Shown: piece by piece, positions 58,671-64,000 of the stretch
Numbering within the stretch: the stretch's first letter is position 1
Layout of the letters: each line of letters opens with the position of its first letter
Origin: an uncultured Candidatus Saccharibacteria bacterium
Lineage (GTDB): Bacteria > Patescibacteriota > Minisyncoccia > Phycocordibacterales > UBA918
Direction of reading: 5' to 3'
DNA: 64,000 nucleotides
Assembly: GCA_964593375.1 (NCBI GenBank)
Contig: CAZQIF010000001.1
Location: forward strand, 98,185-162,184
The notes under the pieces: generated by a model
Database searches by the model: none
The model's input: the letters and a program-made list of their open reading frames with translations, nothing else
Told to the model about the DNA's origin: nothing
Translations under genes and position numbers: made by a program

Positions 58671-59204
58671 ATGCAAACAAGCATTATGACAAAAAAAGAA
58701 ACAGCAACATTACAGTCCGAGCTAACCGTAGCGCATCATGACTACGAGCACGGTCTTAATGCACGAGCGCTTTTCAAAGTCCAAAATCAAGCAACAAGCG
58801 AAGATTTAGTGCAGGTGACGTTTATGAAAACGTGGGTCTACCTCGCAAAAGGAGGAAAAATAGACATTATGAAGGCATTTCTCCACCATGTTTTGAATGG
58901 TCTTATTATTGACGAATATCGTAAGAGAAAAACAACATCGCTCGACAGTTTGCTCGAGAAAGGTTTTGAGCCAAGTTATGACAACAACGAACGTACACTC
59001 GATGTATTTGACGGAAAAATTGCGATTGACTTAATCAATCACCTTCCTAAAAAGTATCAAAAGGTAATGCGCATGCGCTATGTGCAAGAACTCACCCTTA
59101 AAGAAATGTCACTCATAACGGGGCAGTCAAAAAACACCATTGCAGTGCAAGCGCACCGAGGACTTGAGAAAATGAAGGAACTGTATATGAACGAAACGAG
59201 GTAA
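58671..59204 (+). CDS. ECF-type sigma-70 factor
   Basis: Region 2 (EDLVQ.TF.K.W...D.YRK) and region 4 (LP..Y..V..MRY..EL...E...V..HRG). Confidence 0.9.
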   Translation: MQTSIMTKKETATLQSELTVAHHDYEHGLNARALFKVQNQATSEDLVQVTFMKTWVYLAKGGKIDIMKAFLHHVLNGLIIDEYRKRKTTSLDSLLEKGFEPSYDNNERTLDVFDGKIAIDLINHLPKKYQKVMRMRYVQELTLKEMSLITGQSKNTIAVQAHRGLEKMKELYMNETR

Positions 59205-59220
59205 CTTAGGTAGTGCGCTA

Positions 59221-59260
59221 AAACGCCGGCACATTTCCTTCGGAAATGTGCCGGCGTTTT
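59221..59260. terminator. Bidirectional intrinsic terminator
   Basis: aaacgccggcacatttcc-ttc-ggaaatgtgccggcgtttt. Confidence 0.85.
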
Positions 59261-59275
59261 GATGTGAAATGGGTA

Positions 59276-60568
59276 CTACTCTATACTTTGCCACATGTTG
59301 CTCTGTCGAACGAGGAGTTCCTCCTTCTTTTCTGGTTCGAGCATAATCTCTTCAACAATGCGTTCTGCGCGAATAGATTGTGAACCCTTAATGAGAAGCG
59401 CGTCACCGGGCTTAATAATTGACTCTATTTCTCTGCGCGCACTCTCAGTGTCATCATATTGCAAAATATTTCGTTCATCCATGCCGTATTCAAGTGCACC
59501 CTTTGCGTATCCACGTGCGCGAACACCAATGGTTATAAGTAAGTCAACCGAAGCACCGGCAAGTCGTCCGATTCGCTCATGTTCTTTAATTGAAAACTGT
59601 CCAAGCTCCATCATGTCACCAAGTATCGCAATCCTGCGCTGAACACCTTTCAGTTCCTTAATGGTCTGGAGTGATTGCTCAGTTGCAACCGGCGATGCAT
59701 TATATGTATCATCAATAATGAGTGTGTTTTTTATTCCATCAAGGAGTCTCATGCGCCCTGGGGGTGGAATGTGTAAACGAAGTGCATCATCTACTTCATC
59801 AATACTGATATTAAAAATTGAACCGACTGCAGCTGCAGCTGCATAATTGTACGCATGTTGCACACCGAGTGATCCGGTGACACGCATTATTTTGGCAGTA
59901 TTAAGGTGTGTGAGCGTAAATTCAAAACCAATTGCTTTTCCGTTTTCGTACACCACTCTATCCGCTGATGCGGTGTATGGTGAAAGTGAGTAGCGACTGT
60001 ACCCGATTGATTGCTGTAACGTCCCCTCGGCTACTGCCATCACTTGTGCATCGTCTTGGTTGTAAACGAGTACTCCTTCAGATTTCAGCGCCTTTACCAG
60101 TTTTACCTTTTCTTCGCTCACCTGCTCAGGTGATTCGAAATATTCAACATGTACTGGCACATCAGGAAGACGCGTGAGGACGACTATATCGGGCTTAATC
60201 CATGAGGTAAGTCTATCCATGTCCCCGGGGCGGTCAACACCCATTTCGAGAATAAGTAGTTTTGGATAATCGTGCGGATGTATTGCGAAAAGCCCACCAT
60301 CAATGATGTTTTTTACCCAATGAAACGGATTATTCCAGGCATTTGAAAGTCCGAGGACCGTGAGCGCGACACCAATATCTGAATTAAAACTCTTTTCACT
60401 TTTTCGTGTATACAGGTGACTCTTGCACACGGTATAGATGGCATCTTTCACTGATGTCTTCCCTACACTTCCCGTGACCGCAACAATAATAGGCTTAGTT
60501 CGCTTGAGGAGAATTTTTGCCTCAAACGTCATAATGCTTACAATAATTTTTTTGAAGATTGTTTTCAC
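59276..60568 (-). CDS. murF: UDP-MurNAc-tripeptide--D-Ala-D-Ala ligase (short N-terminus)
   Basis: VTGSVGKTS, LEMG, DDTYNASP, LGDMMELG and KGS motifs. Confidence 0.88.
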   Translation of the reverse strand: MKTIFKKIIVSIMTFEAKILLKRTKPIIVAVTGSVGKTSVKDAIYTVCKSHLYTRKSEKSFNSDIGVALTVLGLSNAWNNPFHWVKNIIDGGLFAIHPHDYPKLLILEMGVDRPGDMDRLTSWIKPDIVVLTRLPDVPVHVEYFESPEQVSEEKVKLVKALKSEGVLVYNQDDAQVMAVAEGTLQQSIGYSRYSLSPYTASADRVVYENGKAIGFEFTLTHLNTAKIMRVTGSLGVQHAYNYAAAAAVGSIFNISIDEVDDALRLHIPPPGRMRLLDGIKNTLIIDDTYNASPVATEQSLQTIKELKGVQRRIAILGDMMELGQFSIKEHERIGRLAGASVDLLITIGVRARGYAKGALEYGMDERNILQYDDTESARREIESIIKPGDALLIKGSQSIRAERIVEEIMLEPEKKEELLVRQSNMWQSIE

Positions 60569-60591
60569 AGAAAATTTAATATCGTCTGGTT

Positions 60592-62301
60592 TTATCTGTC
60601 AGGCGGAATACTGTAGTAATTTATCAGAAAATGGGTTAAATCCATGAAAGGGTCAGTGAGTGTCTCAGACGCATAGCTTACCCCCTTCGGCTCAACAGTA
60701 TACAGGAAAATGAGGAATTTAGGGTCATAGGCAGGAAAATAGCCAAAAAACGAGTGTAAATAGCGGTCGTCATAGTACTTTTTTGTTTCAGGATCAGAAA
60801 TTTGGGCAGTCCCTGTTTTGGCAGCAATAGAGTAATGCTCCATAGCAACCGTGCCGTGCTTAAGTGCCTTATCAACGACCGTCACAAGCATGCGCGTGAT
60901 TTCTTCACTGGTCTCTTTGCTAAATACCTGTTCTCCCGGAGGAAAACCGACTTCATGTTCTTTGCCATTTAGGTGCAGAGTGCGCTGTACAATATGCGGT
61001 GTTATGAGTACGCCACCGTTTGCGAGCGTTGCGAGTGCCCGAGTTGTTGCAATTGGGGTGAGGGCAATTCCTTGTCCGAACGATGCGGTCGCATACTCAA
61101 CATCGCGTGGGCTTTTCAAGTTTTCAACAAGTCCATGCCCTTCACTTGGCAAATCGATACCTGTCTCAGTACCAAGTTTGAGCTTCGTAAAGTAATCACG
61201 AAATGTATCCTTTCCCATTGTTTTAACCACGTGCGCAACACCGGTATTGAGAGATTGATTGAGTACTTCTTGCATACTCACCGTTCCGCGCCCACGTCCA
61301 TCAAAATTCTTAATCGTGTAATCATCGAGGTCAATGTATCCTGCATCATAGTATGTCGACGATGGCGTAACCGCGCCTGAATCGAGCCCAGAAGCCATCG
61401 TGAGCGCTTTAATAATTGAACCCATTTCATATACATTTTCAACGAGCGGATTTGAAAAAGTTGCAATGTCAACTTCTGATTTATTGTTTAAATCAAACGA
61501 AGGAGCGATTGAGAGTGCATACACTTCACCCGTGTTTGGATCCATAATGATGCCACCGGTGAGGGTACTTTGATACTTTTCGTTAACTGCCTCAAGTGTT
61601 TTATCGAGTGTTCGTGCAACCGTTGGCTCAATTGAGGTAATAATGTCACCTTGTTCATCATCTTTTTTATCAAAAACTACTGTACTGAAGTTACTAAAAA
61701 TTTCAGCAAAGAAATTTACAAAAAGACGCTCTTCATCACGGACGAGCGTGTCTTCATAGTACCGCTCAAGACCGTACTTTCCGACAAGTTCATTTTCTTG
61801 GTAGCCAATAAAGCCGATGGTGCGTGCAGCGAGTGAATTACCTGGGTAATAGCGCCACTGGTTTCGATAAAGACCAATGCCTTTCAGTTTTAATACCTCA
61901 ATTTTATCTGCATCAGCTGTTGATACCTGACGATTAATTTCTTGATACGTTTTTTCTTTCTTGTTTGCACGTAAGGCAAAGTCTTCCTTATCAATAGGAA
62001 GAATTGCATTCAGGGCAGAGTATGTGGCTTCGACATCAGTGATGCGTGTCGGGTCAATGGCGAGTAAATAGCCAGTTTGCATCGTTGCTGCTGAAACTTT
62101 TTCACCATCCTTTGTCTGAAGGAAAATACTACCTCGTTTATAGAGTTCACGAACCGTATGAACGTACTGATTCTCTGCCTCTGCACGATACTTTTCGCCC
62201 TCGAGCACCTGAATCTGGTACAGTCTACCAATAAGAATACAAACGAAGAGTATAATGACCCAAGTTAGAAAACGTATCTTTTGTACTGCACTTTTTCTCA
62301 T
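60592..62301 (-). CDS. ftsI: Class B penicillin-binding protein (FtsI-like)
   Basis: SxxK (GSIIK), SxN (SLN) and KTG motifs; dcw context. Confidence 0.88.
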   Translation of the reverse strand: MRKSAVQKIRFLTWVIILFVCILIGRLYQIQVLEGEKYRAEAENQYVHTVRELYKRGSIFLQTKDGEKVSAATMQTGYLLAIDPTRITDVEATYSALNAILPIDKEDFALRANKKEKTYQEINRQVSTADADKIEVLKLKGIGLYRNQWRYYPGNSLAARTIGFIGYQENELVGKYGLERYYEDTLVRDEERLFVNFFAEIFSNFSTVVFDKKDDEQGDIITSIEPTVARTLDKTLEAVNEKYQSTLTGGIIMDPNTGEVYALSIAPSFDLNNKSEVDIATFSNPLVENVYEMGSIIKALTMASGLDSGAVTPSSTYYDAGYIDLDDYTIKNFDGRGRGTVSMQEVLNQSLNTGVAHVVKTMGKDTFRDYFTKLKLGTETGIDLPSEGHGLVENLKSPRDVEYATASFGQGIALTPIATTRALATLANGGVLITPHIVQRTLHLNGKEHEVGFPPGEQVFSKETSEEITRMLVTVVDKALKHGTVAMEHYSIAAKTGTAQISDPETKKYYDDRYLHSFFGYFPAYDPKFLIFLYTVEPKGVSYASETLTDPFMDLTHFLINYYSIPPDR

Positions 62302-62304
62302 TCA

Positions 62305-62628
62305 TCAGCTTTCGTTATTCTTAGATAATGCAACGGTAGGTTCTACTGGTTCTATAAAAATTTTTGCGCTCGTAAAAATATAGCCGTGCATCGAGGCGAT
62401 GTCGGCGCTTACTTTGTGCTGGGCATTTATATACTGTGATTCAAGTTCACCAATACTTGAACTAAGTGAGGTGATTTCTTGATTGAGCTCTTTGCGCATA
62501 ACAACATGCGCAACCGATGCGCATAAAAAGTACGTGTAGCAGGATGCAGACAATATCACACAAGTGATAGCAAAAATAAGCCATCGTCGCTCATCTTTAT
62601 ATAATTCTGTGTTTGTATACCTAGCCAT
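62305..62628 (-). CDS. FtsL-like cell division protein
   Basis: TM plus coiled coil, between rsmH and ftsI. Confidence 0.65.
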   Translation of the reverse strand: MARYTNTELYKDERRWLIFAITCVILSASCYTYFLCASVAHVVMRKELNQEITSLSSSIGELESQYINAQHKVSADIASMHGYIFTSAKIFIEPVEPTVALSKNNES

Positions 62629-63520
62629 GTTTTTCTAAAATTCGAAGTTTCGCGCTTCGTGATCGTCGATTTTCTTTTTGTTCCTCTCGTGTGGGTGTTA
62701 ATGGCTTCTTAGTGATAATCGTGCCGATTCCGGCCTCCTGTATTGCTTTAAATGCGTGTTTTACGATACGGTCTTCAATGCTGTGAAAAGTGATGATGGC
62801 GAGTCGTCCGCCAGGGGCAAGTCTTCCGACTGATTTTTCTATAAATTCGCGAAGTGCATCAAGTTCGTCGTTTACCGTGATGCGGAGTGCTTGAAAGGAC
62901 TTTGTTGCTGGGTGTGTTTTCCCATTTCGATACACTCCTGGGACAGCGTTTTTAATTATCTCTGCAAGCTCCCGTGAACTCTCTATGGGCGCTCGCTCTC
63001 GTTCAAGAACAATTGCGTTTGCAATCCTGCGGTAGTATCGCTCCTCACCGTACCCTTTTAAGACATTTTGGATATCCTCTTCTCTCCAATCGTTCACGAT
63101 ATCTCGTGCCGTGAATGGATAGAGTTCAGAATCTCCAAACGTCATGATAAGTGGCTCATCAACTGCAAATGAGAATCCCTTCCCATTCCCCGAGAACTGC
63201 TCAATTCTCCATCCGAGGTCGGCGAGTATGCCGTCTACCTCTTTTATTCCGAGTTCTTCGAGTACTGTGTCAATGTTCCTAAAGTTTGCCACCTTAAGGT
63301 GTACTGTGGCTTCGGTCGTGAGATGCCCTAGCTGTTTAATCGCAGTGCTATCTGCATCTAAACCAACAAAGCATCCAGACTTCGAAAGCTTGGACACTAT
63401 ATATTGAGTATGACCTCCGCTCCCTACTGTGGCGTCCAGAACGGTCGAGTCTGGTGATATGCGAAGTGCATCGACTGCTTCGTTTCTGAATACAGTTATG
63501 TGTTGTTCCATATTGCTCAT
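62621..63520 (-). CDS. rsmH: 16S rRNA m4C1402 methyltransferase
   Basis: DAT.GSGGH, FQALRI.VN.EL, FHSIEDR and RSRSAKLR motifs. Confidence 0.97.
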   Translation of the reverse strand: MSNMEQHITVFRNEAVDALRISPDSTVLDATVGSGGHTQYIVSKLSKSGCFVGLDADSTAIKQLGHLTTEATVHLKVANFRNIDTVLEELGIKEVDGILADLGWRIEQFSGNGKGFSFAVDEPLIMTFGDSELYPFTARDIVNDWREEDIQNVLKGYGEERYYRRIANAIVLERERAPIESSRELAEIIKNAVPGVYRNGKTHPATKSFQALRITVNDELDALREFIEKSVGRLAPGGRLAIITFHSIEDRIVKHAFKAIQEAGIGTIITKKPLTPTREEQKENRRSRSAKLRILEKHG

Positions 63521-63522
63521 TC

Positions 63523-63960
63523 TTAAAGGATGCCGATCTCACCGAGCTTCTCTGCCAAGGCATCTGCTTGATTTTCAATACGGCGCTTGTATTCAATCCA
63601 CTGATTCTCTCCCCAAATTTCTATACGATTATAGATACCTGCAAGTACAATTTTTCCCTCTTGTAGTCTTGCAAATTCTTTTAAGAAATCCGGAACAAGA
63701 ATTCGTCCGACGCTATCCACCTCCACCTCGACTGCTCCCGAAAGGAAGAATCGATTGAACCCTCTTGTGTCCGCCTGTCCGAGTGGGAGTTGACCAATCT
63801 TTTCAGTGATCTTCTCCCACTCTTTGAGCGGATATACAAAGAGACAATTATCAAGTCCTCGAGTAACCACAAGGCTCTTACCAAGTTCCTTCCTCCACTT
63901 TGAAGGTAAGGACAGCCGTTTCTTGGCATCGATATTGTGTGTGTACTCTCCAATCAGCAT
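63523..63960 (-). CDS. mraZ: Transcriptional regulator MraZ
   Basis: GEY.H.ID.K.R..LP and D..GRIL.P motifs. Confidence 0.97.
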   Translation of the reverse strand: MLIGEYTHNIDAKKRLSLPSKWRKELGKSLVVTRGLDNCLFVYPLKEWEKITEKIGQLPLGQADTRGFNRFFLSGAVEVEVDSVGRILVPDFLKEFARLQEGKIVLAGIYNRIEIWGENQWIEYKRRIENQADALAEKLGEIGIL

Positions 63961-64000
63961 GTGAATGATTGATGAACTTGATGTTGATAACTATTTTCAT

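Noticed and set aside
1412-63953. Numerous antisense and alternate-frame ORFs in the track
   Set aside because: They overlap well-supported genes and are shadow ORFs.

Overview
A gene-dense 64-kb chromosomal segment using the standard genetic code (TGA = stop). Gene content and style suggest a Patescibacteria/CPR (Parcubacteria-like) bacterium; this is inference. Core genes include scpA, scpB, a D,D-carboxypeptidase, mraY-ftsW-murG, gltX, a Xer-type recombinase, murI, pgi, ung, rpmA, rplI, rplU, cysS, dnaB, recR, rmuC, truB, tRNA-Glu(CTC) and mraZ-rsmH-ftsL-ftsI-murF. The main find is a compact biosynthetic-like cluster at 19.0-25.0 kb: FeeM-like N-acyl amino acid synthase, ACP, Sfp-type PPTase, methyltransferase, two SGNH hydrolases, a ThiF adenylyltransferase and a nitroreductase-like oxidase. 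It resembles a split OxzAB oxazolone pathway in a lineage thought to lack fatty-acid synthesis. Other signals: a promoter- and terminator-bounded ~265-nt structured non-coding RNA candidate (17.95-18.21 kb); a near-symmetric 11-6-11 dif-like site just upstream of the Xer gene; a tRNA-Glu surrounded by direct and inverted fragments of itself; a hicBA cassette bracketed by a duplicated ferredoxin 3' end; an IS256-like element with a frame break in an A7 run; modular palindromic repeats that bracket accessory genes; and widespread leaderless-type promoters. All calls come from reading motifs by eye; no database searches were run.
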